Source: Dehalococcoidia bacterium
GTDB lineage: Bacteria; Chloroflexota; Dehalococcoidia; Bin125
Reading direction: 5' to 3'
Assembly: GCA_963555985.3 (NCBI GenBank)
Contig: OY820591.1
Coordinates: 1,184,001 to 1,248,000, forward strand
DNA length: 64,000 nt
Both the position numbers and the translations under genes were made by a program. This document shows positions 46,648 through 56,632 of this stretch, piece after piece. Position 1 is the stretch's first letter, and each line of letters opens with the position of its first letter. The notes under the pieces were generated by a model. It was not told the DNA's origin. It did no database searches and saw only the letters and a list, made by a program, of their open reading frames with translations.

Positions 46648-48285
46648 CTACGCATTGAGGGTTTGTTGGACGCCTTGTTTGCGTTTGCGGCGGGGAGCTT
46701 TGCGGAACGTCTGCGGGGCAGCAAAGCGCGGATACTCCGGCTGCCCGCCGCTCAGCAGTTCATCGATCGTCAGAATCTGCACCTTCGGATATTGGTTGCC
46801 CGGCAGACCCTCCGGCTCGTAGAAGCCGGCCGTGACAGCCTCTTCGATCATCGGCTGGGTCGGCGCCTCGAGGGTGACGAAGAGGCCGAGCGCGGCCTTC
46901 TCGCGCTCCATGTCGCCCTTGAGCGTGGCGATCTGCCCCCGATTGACCTTGCCGCTCTTAACTTGGACGATGATGCGCTTGGCCTTGCCGGAGTTGTCGT
47001 CGAAGAAGTTGATGTAGCCGTCCACGCCCGAGTCCGCGCCCTTCTTGCCCGTCGCCGGACGCGCGTCGACCAGCCCCAGCGCCCAGTACTCGAACTGGTA
47101 GCGGCCGTCGTGCTCGCTTTCGGTGGCAAGCGCGCGGGCGCTGGCGACGTCCTGGGGGAGGCCTACGACTTTGTACTCGGAGAGTTCCGCACCGAAGGTG
47201 TCCTGGAGGCGGTGCTTCATCAGTGAAACGGCGAGATGCGTAATGTCGATGCCGATCCAGCGCCGCTTGAGCCGCTCGGCGACGGCGACGGCAGTGCCGC
47301 AGCCGCAGAACGGATCGAGCACCAGGTCGCCCTCATTGCTGCTGGCGCTGATGATGCGTTCGAGCAAGGCTTCGGGCTTTTGAGTTGGGTAACCGATTCG
47401 CTCTGCAGCCTGCGAGTTGACTGGTGAAATGTCGGTCCAAATGTCCGCAGCGGGGCGTCCTGGCGTATCGTCCAGATAGCGCTTGTAGCGAGGCGTACCA
47501 GTACGAGTGAAGACGATTCGATCCTCGGCCATCAACTGATCAATCCGTTCTTGGTCCCACGCCCAGTGTCTTCCCTGAGGCGGTTCCAAGATTTGGTCGC
47601 CAAATCGCCGCGCCGAACCCGAGCCAGCGCCGTGCGCGGCGACAAGTTGATAGCGACGGCCGTCGGGATCAGTCAGCTTGTAGTGGCTGTCGATGTATTC
47701 GGCGGTGTGCGGAAGGTACTGCGGGTTCCAGGTTGGCTGCCGCGTCTTTGCGTAGTACAGCAGGGTGTCATGCACGGCGTTGAAATTGGTGGCTCCGCCA
47801 TGCGCTTGCGCCCTCTGCCAAATGATTTCTCGCCGAACGTACTCGGCGCCGAACACCGCGTCCATGAGTAGTTTGAGGTAGTGGCTGGCGGTGGGATCGC
47901 AGTGGAGGTAGATGCTGCCTGTCGGTTTGAGCACCCGATAGAGCTCGAGCAGTCGTTGAGCCATCATCGTGAGATAGGCCATCATGTCGTTCTGACCGAG
48001 GAACTCGCGCATCGCCTGGAGTAGCCTGCCGAGCTTGTCGGGACCGCGCAGGACGACTTCCTGGTAGGCGCGCTCGGAGTCGATGGTCCAGTGCCAGGTG
48101 TCGTCGAAGGCGGTGATCTGTGCGGCGGAGTCCTCGCCGGAGCGCTCTTTGAAGAGCACGTTGTAGGTGGCGTTGGAGTTGAAGGGCGGATCGAGGTAGA
48201 TCAGATCGACGGACTCGTCGGGGATGTGCTCGCGAAGGATGCTGAGGTTGTCGCCGAAGTAGAGCTGGTTGGTCCAGTCGGTCAT
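46648..48285 (-). CDS. N6/N4 DNA methyltransferase with C-terminal Mrr-like (PD-D/ExK) domain
   Basis: YLDPPFN, YPTQKP, LDPFCGCGT; ADSGVDG..IIVQVKSG. Confidence 0.9.
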   Translation of the reverse strand: MTDWTNQLYFGDNLSILREHIPDESVDLIYLDPPFNSNATYNVLFKERSGEDSAAQITAFDDTWHWTIDSERAYQEVVLRGPDKLGRLLQAMREFLGQNDMMAYLTMMAQRLLELYRVLKPTGSIYLHCDPTASHYLKLLMDAVFGAEYVRREIIWQRAQAHGGATNFNAVHDTLLYYAKTRQPTWNPQYLPHTAEYIDSHYKLTDPDGRRYQLVAAHGAGSGSARRFGDQILEPPQGRHWAWDQERIDQLMAEDRIVFTRTGTPRYKRYLDDTPGRPAADIWTDISPVNSQAAERIGYPTQKPEALLERIISASSNEGDLVLDPFCGCGTAVAVAERLKRRWIGIDITHLAVSLMKHRLQDTFGAELSEYKVVGLPQDVASARALATESEHDGRYQFEYWALGLVDARPATGKKGADSGVDGYINFFDDNSGKAKRIIVQVKSGKVNRGQIATLKGDMEREKAALGLFVTLEAPTQPMIEEAVTAGFYEPEGLPGNQYPKVQILTIDELLSGGQPEYPRFAAPQTFRKAPRRKRKQGVQQTLNA

Positions 48286-48330
48286 TGGTGGTCTCCGCTG
48301 GCATGGTAAGCGGCTTGCAGAGCGGTAGGG

Positions 48331-49275
48331 TCACGCTTGATCTTCATATGTGAATCCCGCTGCGCGTTCGCCGGCGTGGAACTGGGCTAGTTTGGTGAAG
48401 AGGTCTTGGAAGATGGGATCGCGGCGGACATAGTGGGCTTCGGCGAATGGGGCAGGTGGAGTGTTGTTGGGTCTCTTGCTCCAGTGCATGTCTGCGCTCA
48501 GCGTCGGGCGTTCGAGGCTGAGCTTGGATACCCATGATTCGTCGATCAGGTAGCCCGTGGCGGCGAGGTCCCAGATCTCCTTCGAGCGTCCGGGATACTG
48601 CTCGTTGTGGTCGCGGAAGATGTCGGCGAGATATTCACCGATTGCACCTTGGGGTCGAACATAGGCGTCCAGCTCGGCGGTGGTGGCGAGCAGGTGGGAG
48701 GCTGCGCCGTAGCAGGGGATGTGGACGAGCGGCGCGCCGCTCTCGAAGACGGCGCGGGCGGCGGCGGGGTCCTGGTAGAGATTGAACTCGCGGGCGTCGT
48801 GGCGGTGTTGGGGTTGTCCGCCGAGCCAGACGATGGCGATGCGGTCGGCGATTTCGGGCGCTTGGTTGAGCGCCGAAGCGATGTTGGTGAGCGCGCCGAT
48901 GGCGGCGACCCAGAGCGGTTCGCCGCGCGGTTCGAGGGCGCGTCGAATCAGATCGTCGGAGGCGGCGTTGCGAACTGTCGCTTGATCGTCGGAGAGGAAG
49001 CGATCTGCGCCCCGCAGCACGTGGTTGCCGGGGTTGACGCCGAGGCGTTCGAGCAAGCGGTGGATTTCGGCCTCGGACTGCTCGACGCCGTCGGCGGGGG
49101 AACTGCCTTCGCGGGAGAAGAGGGTGGCGTAGATCGCTTGGAGTTGGAGTCGATCGCCGGAGAGCAGAGCGTGGACGACGGCGAACTGGTCGTCGATTTC
49201 GTTGGCAGTGTCGGTATCGAGCACGATCGGGACGCGCTTGGGCGGCGAGGGCGGGCTGAGGATGTCGTTTGGCAT
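48331..49275 (-). CDS. Nucleoside hydrolase family
   Basis: DTDTANEIDDQFA, GALTN, WLGG, EFN, WD. Confidence 0.85.
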   Translation of the reverse strand: MPNDILSPPSPPKRVPIVLDTDTANEIDDQFAVVHALLSGDRLQLQAIYATLFSREGSSPADGVEQSEAEIHRLLERLGVNPGNHVLRGADRFLSDDQATVRNAASDDLIRRALEPRGEPLWVAAIGALTNIASALNQAPEIADRIAIVWLGGQPQHRHDAREFNLYQDPAAARAVFESGAPLVHIPCYGAASHLLATTAELDAYVRPQGAIGEYLADIFRDHNEQYPGRSKEIWDLAATGYLIDESWVSKLSLERPTLSADMHWSKRPNNTPPAPFAEAHYVRRDPIFQDLFTKLAQFHAGERAAGFTYEDQA

Positions 49276-49349
49276 GAGCGCAGGGTAGTTGCGGAGTAGA
49301 GGGCGTAGTCTGTTGGTGGCCAGTTGGCCGCAGCTGAGAGGAATTGAGG

Positions 49350-50186
49350 ATGAAGTACGGCGTGTTCATTTTCGCGACGGATCTGGCGATGGATCCGGTC
49401 TCGCTCGCAGTGGCGGCGGAGGAGCGGGGCTTCGAGTCGTTGTTCGTGCCCGAGCACGTTCACATGCCGGTCGATCGGGAAACGCCGTTCCCGCGCAGCG
49501 AGGACGGCTCGCTGCCCGTCGAGTACCGCCGAATCCACGACCCATTCGTCGCGCTCGGAGCGGCGGCCGGCGCCACGTCTGAGATTCGTCTGGGTACGGG
49601 CATCTGTCTCGTCACCGAGCACGAACCGATCGCGCTGGCTAAGCAGATCGCTTCCCTCGACATGATCTCCGGAGGGCGCTTCGACTTTGGCATCGGGGCG
49701 GGCTGGTTGGCCGAGGAGATGGAGCCGCTCGGCGTCCGTTTCCAGGATCGCTGGAAGGTGACACAGCAGCGGATCGAGGCAATGAAGGAGATGTGGACGC
49801 AGGACGAGTCGGAGTACCACTCGGAGTTCGTCGACATTCCCAAGACCGAAGTGATTCCCAAGCCGGTGCAGAATCCCCATCCGCCGATCCTGATCGGAGC
49901 CGGCAGCAAGTGGGCGCGCCAGCGGGTGGTCGATTGGGCCGACGGCTGGCTGCCGAACATCACGGCGCCGGGATTTGTCGAGCGCGGCATCCAGGACATC
50001 CAGTCACGTGCGCACGAGGCCGGTCGGGACTTCGACGAAATCTCGATCCATGTCTTCGGCGGGGACGACGAGGCGATTGCCGAGTACGAGCGGATGGGCG
50101 TCGACCGGCTCATCTTCCGCTTGCCGCACGCGGGAGCGGATGAAGTCGTGCCTGAACTGGATCGGTTGGCGAGCCTGATCGCGTAG
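49350..50186 (+). CDS. LLM-class F420-dependent oxidoreductase
   Basis: AEERGFESL.V.EH, DPFV.L, LAKQIASLD.ISGGR, PKPVQ.PHPP. Confidence 0.9.
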   Translation: MKYGVFIFATDLAMDPVSLAVAAEERGFESLFVPEHVHMPVDRETPFPRSEDGSLPVEYRRIHDPFVALGAAAGATSEIRLGTGICLVTEHEPIALAKQIASLDMISGGRFDFGIGAGWLAEEMEPLGVRFQDRWKVTQQRIEAMKEMWTQDESEYHSEFVDIPKTEVIPKPVQNPHPPILIGAGSKWARQRVVDWADGWLPNITAPGFVERGIQDIQSRAHEAGRDFDEISIHVFGGDDEAIAEYERMGVDRLIFRLPHAGADEVVPELDRLASLIA

Positions 50187-50198
50187 GCCGGCGGGCGG

Positions 50199-50693
50199 CT
50201 ACTTGTAGCGGCGGCCGCGCTGGTCGCGGCTGCGCTGGCTTTGGTACTCGTAGATCGGCACGCCGTAGCCGCATGAGGTCTGGGTGGCTTCGACCGTGAT
50301 CTCGATCACCTGACGTTCAGGTGTGGGCATTTCGATGCTTCGCAAGTCTTCGGCGAGATGGGCGAGCAGCGATTCCTCCAGCGGCTTGGCGCAGGCGCTG
50401 CCGTAGAGCCGGACGATCGCAGCGTCCTCGTCGAAGGACGTGACCATCACCGTGATTGGGCCGCCGCCTGCGGTGTGGCGCGCGGTTTCGTTGCCGCTGC
50501 CGCGATAGTCGAAGTAGGCGAGGGTGTGCTGGTCGATCACGTGGAGGTCGGCTGCGCCTTTCGGGGAGAGGTTGACCGCTCCCTCGCCATTCGGCCCGGG
50601 TCCAAGCTCCGGGTCGGCGGAGGCGACGAAGAAGACCTTTGAGGCTCGGATCAGGTCGGCTTGTTCGTCGGTGATGTGGTCAATCATCGGCAT
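50199..50693 (-). CDS. Pyridoxamine 5'-phosphate oxidase-like (split barrel) protein
   Basis: FFVASA, NLSPKG, GSGNET..H, QTSCGYGVP. Confidence 0.85.
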   Translation of the reverse strand: MPMIDHITDEQADLIRASKVFFVASADPELGPGPNGEGAVNLSPKGAADLHVIDQHTLAYFDYRGSGNETARHTAGGGPITVMVTSFDEDAAIVRLYGSACAKPLEESLLAHLAEDLRSIEMPTPERQVIEITVEATQTSCGYGVPIYEYQSQRSRDQRGRRYK

Positions 50694-50697
50694 GGAG

Positions 50698-51159
50698 TTA
50701 GCGCTTTCGTTTGCGGGCGTCGCGGTAGGTGCGGCCGAGTAGTCGGGCTGCGCCGCGGAAAGTGGTTTCTGCTTCCCGTTGGGCTTGCTTCATCAGCTGT
50801 TGAGTATCCGGGCGCTTGGGCTGCATGGCCTCGATCAGCTCGTCGAAGTGCTGTTGGTCGGACTCGGCGAGCTGGGCGAACCAGTTGGTCGCCGCTGTCG
50901 GCCCGGCGCTCTGGAATTCGAGGAACACGTTGGTGAGCGCGTTGATCGCGGGGTCGTTCCCGCGCAGCCGCGCCCAGAGCTGTTGATAGGCGTCCGGGCG
51001 CGCTTGCTGAAATGGTCCGGCGAGCCAGATCAGGAAGCGGCGGCGGTCTTCGTCGCGGGTGGCGGGGGTAGTCAGCCGCTGCGCGATCTGGGAGGCGACT
51101 TGCGGGGCGGCTGTGCCGGCGATCACACGAGCTGCTTGGCGGACGAGGAAGTGGGACAT
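50698..51159 (-). CDS. Hypothetical protein
   Basis: 153-aa helical ORF between same-strand genes. Confidence 0.55.
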   Translation of the reverse strand: MSHFLVRQAARVIAGTAAPQVASQIAQRLTTPATRDEDRRRFLIWLAGPFQQARPDAYQQLWARLRGNDPAINALTNVFLEFQSAGPTAATNWFAQLAESDQQHFDELIEAMQPKRPDTQQLMKQAQREAETTFRGAARLLGRTYRDARKRKR

Positions 51160-51182
51160 GCAGTCAAGATACTAAGCGCTGC

Positions 51183-51935
51183 TCAGAGGCGCGCGTTCCA
51201 GGATGTCCAGGTTGCACGAGTGAGGCGTTCGAGGTTGCCGCGTTCGAGCGAGGCGACGGCGATGTCCCAGTTGCCGCCGTCGTGGAGATGGAAGGCGATA
51301 CAGTCGAGATTTGTAGGGTGGGGCGCAGGAGCACCGGCGGGGGTTGGGAGGTGACGGAGTTCGGAGATGGCGTCGTCAGGATGGATGATGGTGAGTGCGA
51401 TGTTGCGGACGAAGATGATGTCGCCGTCGGCGGCGATGGCAGGGGATTTGTCTGCGGGGTTGTGCGTGCGTTGGGTGACGACTCCCGATTGCAGGTCGAG
51501 TGCGCAGATGCCGCGCCGGCTGAAGGCGATGGTCGTTCCGTCGGGCGACCAATGGGGCTGTTCGGCATCGCGGAGGATGAGAGATTCGGAGCCGTCGAGT
51601 TCGCGGATGTAGAGGTCGCGGTCGCGGATGAAGGCGAGCCGCAGATCGGGCGACCATGCGGCGTGACTCGCGTTGGCGGCGACGATAGTTCGCTCGTCTC
51701 CGTTGAGGCTGACGACTTCAATGCGGTGATTGCGCTCGATTGCGATGCGGCGGCCATCGGGCGACCAGGCCGGATCGTCTGCGGTTGCGCCTGAAGTGAG
51801 GCGCTCGATGTCGCCGCCGGCGGCGTCCATCACATAGAGGTCCCAACCCTCGGCGCGGTTGCTGAGGAAGGCGATGCGGTTGCCGTCGGGCGACCAGCTC
51901 GGCGACATGCCGTTGGCGGCGGAGATCAGTTCCAT
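51183..51935 (-). CDS. TolB-like PD40-repeat beta-propeller protein
   Basis: Repeated P.WSPDG..IAF motifs; no signal peptide. Confidence 0.8.
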   Translation of the reverse strand: MELISAANGMSPSWSPDGNRIAFLSNRAEGWDLYVMDAAGGDIERLTSGATADDPAWSPDGRRIAIERNHRIEVVSLNGDERTIVAANASHAAWSPDLRLAFIRDRDLYIRELDGSESLILRDAEQPHWSPDGTTIAFSRRGICALDLQSGVVTQRTHNPADKSPAIAADGDIIFVRNIALTIIHPDDAISELRHLPTPAGAPAPHPTNLDCIAFHLHDGGNWDIAVASLERGNLERLTRATWTSWNARL

Positions 51936-52464
51936 GTGCGGTACGGTAGAGGTGGTGGGTAATTTCCGACACTTCACGGTCACCGCGTTCGTCTCGATGG
52001 CGGGCTGCACGCTCCTACACTGGCATCGCAAGGTGGGTTTGTGGCTGCCGCCCGGCGGTCACATTGAGCCGAACGAAACCCCTGTGGAGGCGGTCGTGCG
52101 GGAGGCGTTGGAGGAGACCGGGATGCGGGTTGAGATCGTGCCCACGGTACCGGCGTTCCCGTATGCCGATCCGCCGCAGTTGCCGCCTCCGGCGACGATC
52201 ATGGTTGAGCCGATCCGGGCCTATGGCGGTGATCCCGCGCACCATCACATGGACCTGATCTATTTCACTCGTCCCCGCGACCAAGCCGATGGGGAGCTGC
52301 CGGACGCGCCGGACGGCTCGTGGAGATGGATCATGCGGGCCGAGCTGAAGGATGACGCGCCGCAGACGTTTGCAGACGTCTCGGCGCGCGTCTCGGAGGA
52401 TGTGCGACTGCTGGGGATGGCGGCGATTGACCATGTGACGCGATTTGAGGAGACGCGAGCGTGA
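51934..52464 (+). CDS. NUDIX hydrolase (start uncertain, 51934-51955)
   Basis: PGGHIEPNETPVEAVVREALEETG Nudix box. Confidence 0.85.
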   Translation: MCGTVEVVGNFRHFTVTAFVSMAGCTLLHWHRKVGLWLPPGGHIEPNETPVEAVVREALEETGMRVEIVPTVPAFPYADPPQLPPPATIMVEPIRAYGGDPAHHHMDLIYFTRPRDQADGELPDAPDGSWRWIMRAELKDDAPQTFADVSARVSEDVRLLGMAAIDHVTRFEETRA

Positions 52465-53723
52465 TTTCTGCGCAGATGATTCGGGAGCATTCGGAGGTCA
52501 TTCGGCGTTCGCTGGAGCGGCGTCGGGCCGAGGCTCCGCTGGACAAGGCGATTCAGGTAGACCGGCAACGGCGCGCAGTACTGGTCGAGCTAGAGGAGTT
52601 GCGGGCCGCGCGGAACAGCGCGGGCCGCGCGATCGGCAAGGCGAAAGACAACGAAGAGCGTCAGCGGCTGATCGCGGCACAGCGTGAGTCGGCAACGCGG
52701 ATTGACGAGCTTGAGGAGCAGCTGCGAGTGAGCGAGGCGTCGCTTCATTCGCTCCTGAGCGAGATTCCCAACGTCGTCGGCGACGACACACCGGACGGTG
52801 AGGACGAAGACTCGAATGTCGTCGTGCGCGAGTGGGGGAAGCGGCGTGTCTTCGATTTCGAGCCGAAGCCGCACTGGGAGATTGGGGAGCAGTTGGGGAT
52901 CATTGACATTGAGCGCGCGGCGGCGATGTCGGGGTCTCGGATGTATGCGTTGCGCGGGGCCGGGGCGCGGTTGCAGCGGGCGCTGATCGGGTGGTTTCTG
53001 GATACGCACGGCGCTTCGGGATATGAGGAGTGCTACGTGCCGGCGATGGTGCGCGAGGACGCGATGCGGGCCTCGGGACAGTTGCCGAAGTTCCGCGACA
53101 ATCTCTACCGCGACGAGGAGGAGGACTACTACTTTGTTCCGACCGCCGAGGTGCCGCTGACCAATATGCACGCGGACGAGATTCTGAGCGAAGCTGATCT
53201 ACCGATTCGCTATGCAGCGCACACGCCCTGTTTTCGGCGAGAGAAGGCGAGCGCGGGTCGGGATGTGCGCGGGATCAAGCGGGTGCATCAATTCGAGAAG
53301 GTGGAGATGTATCAGTTCACTGCGCCGGAAGCGTCGGCGGGCGCGCTGGACAAGATGCTGGCACAAGCGGAGTCGTTGCTGCAAGGGCTTGAATTGGATT
53401 ACCGCGTGCTGCAGATCTGCAGCGGCGACATTGGCTTCAGCGCGTCGGTCTCCTATGACCTTGAGATTTGGGCGCCGGGGGCGCAGGAGTGGCTTGAAGT
53501 CTCGAGTGTGTCGAACTGCACCGATTTTCAGGCTCGGCGGGCGAACATTCGCTATCGGCCGGCGGAGGGCAAAGGCACGAAGTTCGTTCACACCTTGAAT
53601 GGCTCAGGCCTGGCCCTGCCCCGGACGATCGCGGCGTTGTTGGAGAACGGCCAACAGTCGGACGGGTCGGTGATCCTGCCTGAGGTGTTGGCAACGCGGA
53701 TGGGTTCGCGTGTCATCGCTTGA
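52461..53723 (+). CDS. serS: Serine-tRNA ligase
   Basis: PTAEVP, FRREK..GRD.RG..R.HQFEKVE, EVSSVSNC, HTLNGSGLA. Confidence 0.97.
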   Translation: MISAQMIREHSEVIRRSLERRRAEAPLDKAIQVDRQRRAVLVELEELRAARNSAGRAIGKAKDNEERQRLIAAQRESATRIDELEEQLRVSEASLHSLLSEIPNVVGDDTPDGEDEDSNVVVREWGKRRVFDFEPKPHWEIGEQLGIIDIERAAAMSGSRMYALRGAGARLQRALIGWFLDTHGASGYEECYVPAMVREDAMRASGQLPKFRDNLYRDEEEDYYFVPTAEVPLTNMHADEILSEADLPIRYAAHTPCFRREKASAGRDVRGIKRVHQFEKVEMYQFTAPEASAGALDKMLAQAESLLQGLELDYRVLQICSGDIGFSASVSYDLEIWAPGAQEWLEVSSVSNCTDFQARRANIRYRPAEGKGTKFVHTLNGSGLALPRTIAALLENGQQSDGSVILPEVLATRMGSRVIA

Positions 53724-54582
53724 CCGCTACCGAGAGGCGAATCGCGCTCGCTGGGACGAGTCGGTCGCGGTTCATGCCGCGTCGGAGTTCTACGGAGTGG
53801 AGCGCTTCCTGGCGGGCGAATCGACGCTGCTGCCGCTTGATTTGGAGGAAGTGGGGGACGTATCAGGGAAATCGCTGCTGCATTTGCAGTGCCACTTTGG
53901 GCTTGACACGTTGTCGTGGTCGCGGTTGGGGGCGTCGGTGGTCGGCGTCGATTTCGCGCCTTCGGCAGTCGCAACCGCGCGCGAACTGGCTGGACGGGCG
54001 GGATTGTCGGCCGAGTTCGTGGAGTCGGAACTGTACGCCTCGCCCGCTGTTTTGGCAGATCGAGTTGGGACGTTCGACATCGTATACGTGAATCTTGGCG
54101 CGCTGTGCTGGCTACCCGATGTGGCTGGTTGGGCGCAGGTCTGCGCGGGATTCCTGAAGGACGGCGGAACGCTATACCTGCGAGACGTGCATCCGACGAC
54201 GTTCTCCCTGGACGACGAAGCGCCCACTGGCGAGTTGCGCCTGCGCTATCCCTACTTCGGGACTGACGAGCCGCTGACCTGGAGCGGCGACGGCGATTAC
54301 GCGGACTCAACAGCGACGTTTGAGCACCAAACTACGTATGAATGGAATCACAGTCTGGGCGAGATCGTCACGGCCATCATCGATGCGGGCTGCGGCATCG
54401 ACTTCTTGCACGAGCAGGATTGGACGGTCTATCCGGCCTTGCCCTGGATGGTGGAGACCGAGCCCGGCGTATGGCGCTTGCCGGACGGAGATCAGCGCTT
54501 GCCGCTGATGTTCTCAGTGCGGGCGCGCAACCTGGCTAGTCGTCGAGCCGGCTCGGATTCACCTGCTACCGTCACTCCGTGA
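53710..54582 (+). CDS. Class I SAM-dependent methyltransferase
   Basis: LHLQCHFGLDT, GVDF, GALCWLPD, W.HS.GEI. Confidence 0.85.
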   Translation: MSSLDRYREANRARWDESVAVHAASEFYGVERFLAGESTLLPLDLEEVGDVSGKSLLHLQCHFGLDTLSWSRLGASVVGVDFAPSAVATARELAGRAGLSAEFVESELYASPAVLADRVGTFDIVYVNLGALCWLPDVAGWAQVCAGFLKDGGTLYLRDVHPTTFSLDDEAPTGELRLRYPYFGTDEPLTWSGDGDYADSTATFEHQTTYEWNHSLGEIVTAIIDAGCGIDFLHEQDWTVYPALPWMVETEPGVWRLPDGDQRLPLMFSVRARNLASRRAGSDSPATVTP

Positions 54583-55190
54583 TCTTGCGACGACTCTTCC
54601 GACGTGGACCTGACCGCCAGCAGAGCGAGGCGATGATCGAAATCCTCGCACAGCGCAGCGTGGAAGCTCGGATGGCGATCGGGCATGAGGCGATCGTTCG
54701 AGCCGCTCAGTTGCCGGCAGGTTCACGCGCGCATGTGGTACTCGAACTGCGCGCCGCTCCGCTCACACACATGCTGGTGACGCGGATTGCGGGCGACGCG
54801 GCCGGGCACAGCGGCCGAATGGTGATAATTGGCGCACATCTGCTCCTCGACCGAGTCGCCCTGCCCGAGCGCTGGCCGCGCAGTTGGTCTGTGCCCGTTC
54901 GCGCGCACCCGGTTGAGCCTCCAGGCGGACTTGGCGCGCCGCGCGAGTTTGAATGGGAGGCGGCGGACGCGACAGATCATGCCGCCCGGACGATCGTGGA
55001 GCTCCTAAATGCCAATGAGCGAGTCCAGCGCCGGGTGATCGGTGTGCTGCGAGAACAGTCGACGATGCAGTTTGAGTTGGTTCCCAGCGGCCACTACCTG
55101 CGCATCGCCGTCCACCAATTTGGCCGCGAACTGCCCGATCCAACCGCAGTCGAAGCGTTAATCACGGTGGGGCGCGCTATCGCCGAGTGA
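54579..55190 (+). CDS. Hypothetical protein
   Basis: GTGA-coupled to the upstream gene; no motif recognised. Confidence 0.5.
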   Translation: MILRRLFRRGPDRQQSEAMIEILAQRSVEARMAIGHEAIVRAAQLPAGSRAHVVLELRAAPLTHMLVTRIAGDAAGHSGRMVIIGAHLLLDRVALPERWPRSWSVPVRAHPVEPPGGLGAPREFEWEAADATDHAARTIVELLNANERVQRRVIGVLREQSTMQFELVPSGHYLRIAVHQFGRELPDPTAVEALITVGRAIAE

Positions 55191-55222
55191 GACGGACGGA
55201 CGTTCAGAAGCCGGTATCCAGT

Positions 55223-55312
55223 TGGCGGAGGGGGAGGGATTCGAACCCCCGAGACGCTTGCGCGCCTAACGGTTTTCAAGACCGCCGCCTTCGTCCGCTC
55301 GGCCACCCCTCC
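55223..55312 (-). tRNA. tRNA-Ser(UGA)
   Basis: GGAGGGGTGGCCGAGCGG..CTTGAAA..long variable arm..GGTTCGAATCC..CCA. Confidence 0.95.
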
Positions 55313-55400
55313 GTGCGATTCAGCGTACCAACTCACACGAACGCGGAACTGCCCCGGTCAGTGCGACCGGGGCGGTGTTGTGGCCTGGTTGCCACGGGAT

Positions 55401-55430
55401 CGAGATTCCCGCGTTCGCGGGAATGACGGA
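55401..55430. repeat. dRS3-like palindrome
   Basis: gagATTCCCgcgttcgcGGGAATgacgg. Confidence 0.85.
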
Positions 55431-55445
55431 ACCCTGGGCGAGACC

Positions 55446-56531
55446 CTAGAAGCTGGTGAGGACGGTTCGGGCGACCTCGCCGGCTTTCATGGCGCGGAAG
55501 GCTTCGTTGATGTCCTCGAGCGGCGCGGTGACGCTGACCATCTCGTCGAGCATGAGGCGGCCCTGGCGGTAGTACTCGACGAGGTTGGGCATGTCGGTAC
55601 GGAAGCGGTTGCTGCCCATGCTCGAGCCCTGGAGCACCTTCTCGGAGAGCAATTCGTGCGCGGGGATCTCCAGTGTTTGGCCGAGCGGGACCATGCCGAT
55701 GATCGTGGCCACGCCGCCGCGCTTGATCGCGGCGAAGCACTGCTCGGCGACGGTCTTGAGACCGATCGCCTCGAACGAGAAGTCTACGCCCTCGCCGTCG
55801 GTCATGTCCTGGATCTGGGCGACCGGGTCGCCGCTGGAGGCGTCGACTGAGTGTGTTGCGCCAAGTTCCCGAGCCAGCGCGAGCTTGTGCTCGTGCAAGT
55901 CGACGGCGATGATCTGCTTCGCCCCGGCGATCCGCGCGCCCTGGATGGCGGAAAGGCCGACGCCGCCGGCGCCGAATACGGCGACCGTGCTGCCGTGGTG
56001 CACTTTGGCGGTATTCATGGCCGCGCCGGCGCCGGTCATTACGCCGCAGCCGATCAGCGCAGCCTTGTCGAGCGGCATCTCGTCATCGACATAGACGAGC
56101 GCGTTCTCGTGGACGAGGGTGTACTCGGCGTAGGTGGAGAGGTTGGCGAACTGGGCGACCGGGTTGCCATTCCACGACAGGCGCGGGTCCTCGTCGGGTC
56201 GGCGCTGGGTTTCAGGGCTGCGGCAAAGGTTGGGTCGGCCGCTGAGGCAGTAGGAGCAGTTGCCGCAGAAGACGGAGAGGCACATGATGACGTGGTCGCC
56301 GGCCTTGAACTGCTGCACGAGTTCGCCGACTTCCTCAACGATGCCTGCCGCCTCATGTCCGAGGATGCCGGGCGCCTGGAAGGGGTAGAGGCCTTCGACG
56401 AAGTGGAGGTCGGAGTGGCAGACGCCCGAGGCGGCGGTCTTGACCAGCACTTCGCGCGGGCCGGGCTTGGAGACGTCAACGTCTTCGATGGTGAGATCCT
56501 GGTGGGGTCCGTGGAAGACCGCTGCTTTCAT
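55446..56531 (-). CDS. Zn-dependent alcohol dehydrogenase (class III-like)
   Basis: GVCHSD, GHE, CxxCxxC, GCGVMTG, GAGGVG. Confidence 0.92.
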   Translation of the reverse strand: MKAAVFHGPHQDLTIEDVDVSKPGPREVLVKTAASGVCHSDLHFVEGLYPFQAPGILGHEAAGIVEEVGELVQQFKAGDHVIMCLSVFCGNCSYCLSGRPNLCRSPETQRRPDEDPRLSWNGNPVAQFANLSTYAEYTLVHENALVYVDDEMPLDKAALIGCGVMTGAGAAMNTAKVHHGSTVAVFGAGGVGLSAIQGARIAGAKQIIAVDLHEHKLALARELGATHSVDASSGDPVAQIQDMTDGEGVDFSFEAIGLKTVAEQCFAAIKRGGVATIIGMVPLGQTLEIPAHELLSEKVLQGSSMGSNRFRTDMPNLVEYYRQGRLMLDEMVSVTAPLEDINEAFRAMKAGEVARTVLTSF

Positions 56532-56632
56532 GGTGAGTCCCTTCTAGTCGGCAACTTCTGCATGTCTCGTGCGCACGGAGCGACTGCGCACCGTCGGCGC
56601 GGAGGCAGTCTAGCGGAGGCATTGCAGGAATG

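Noticed and set aside
55223-55312. Possible tRNA-Sec given the nearby selenoprotein and serS
   Set aside because: Anticodon is UGA (Ser), not UCA, with a normal 7-bp acceptor stem
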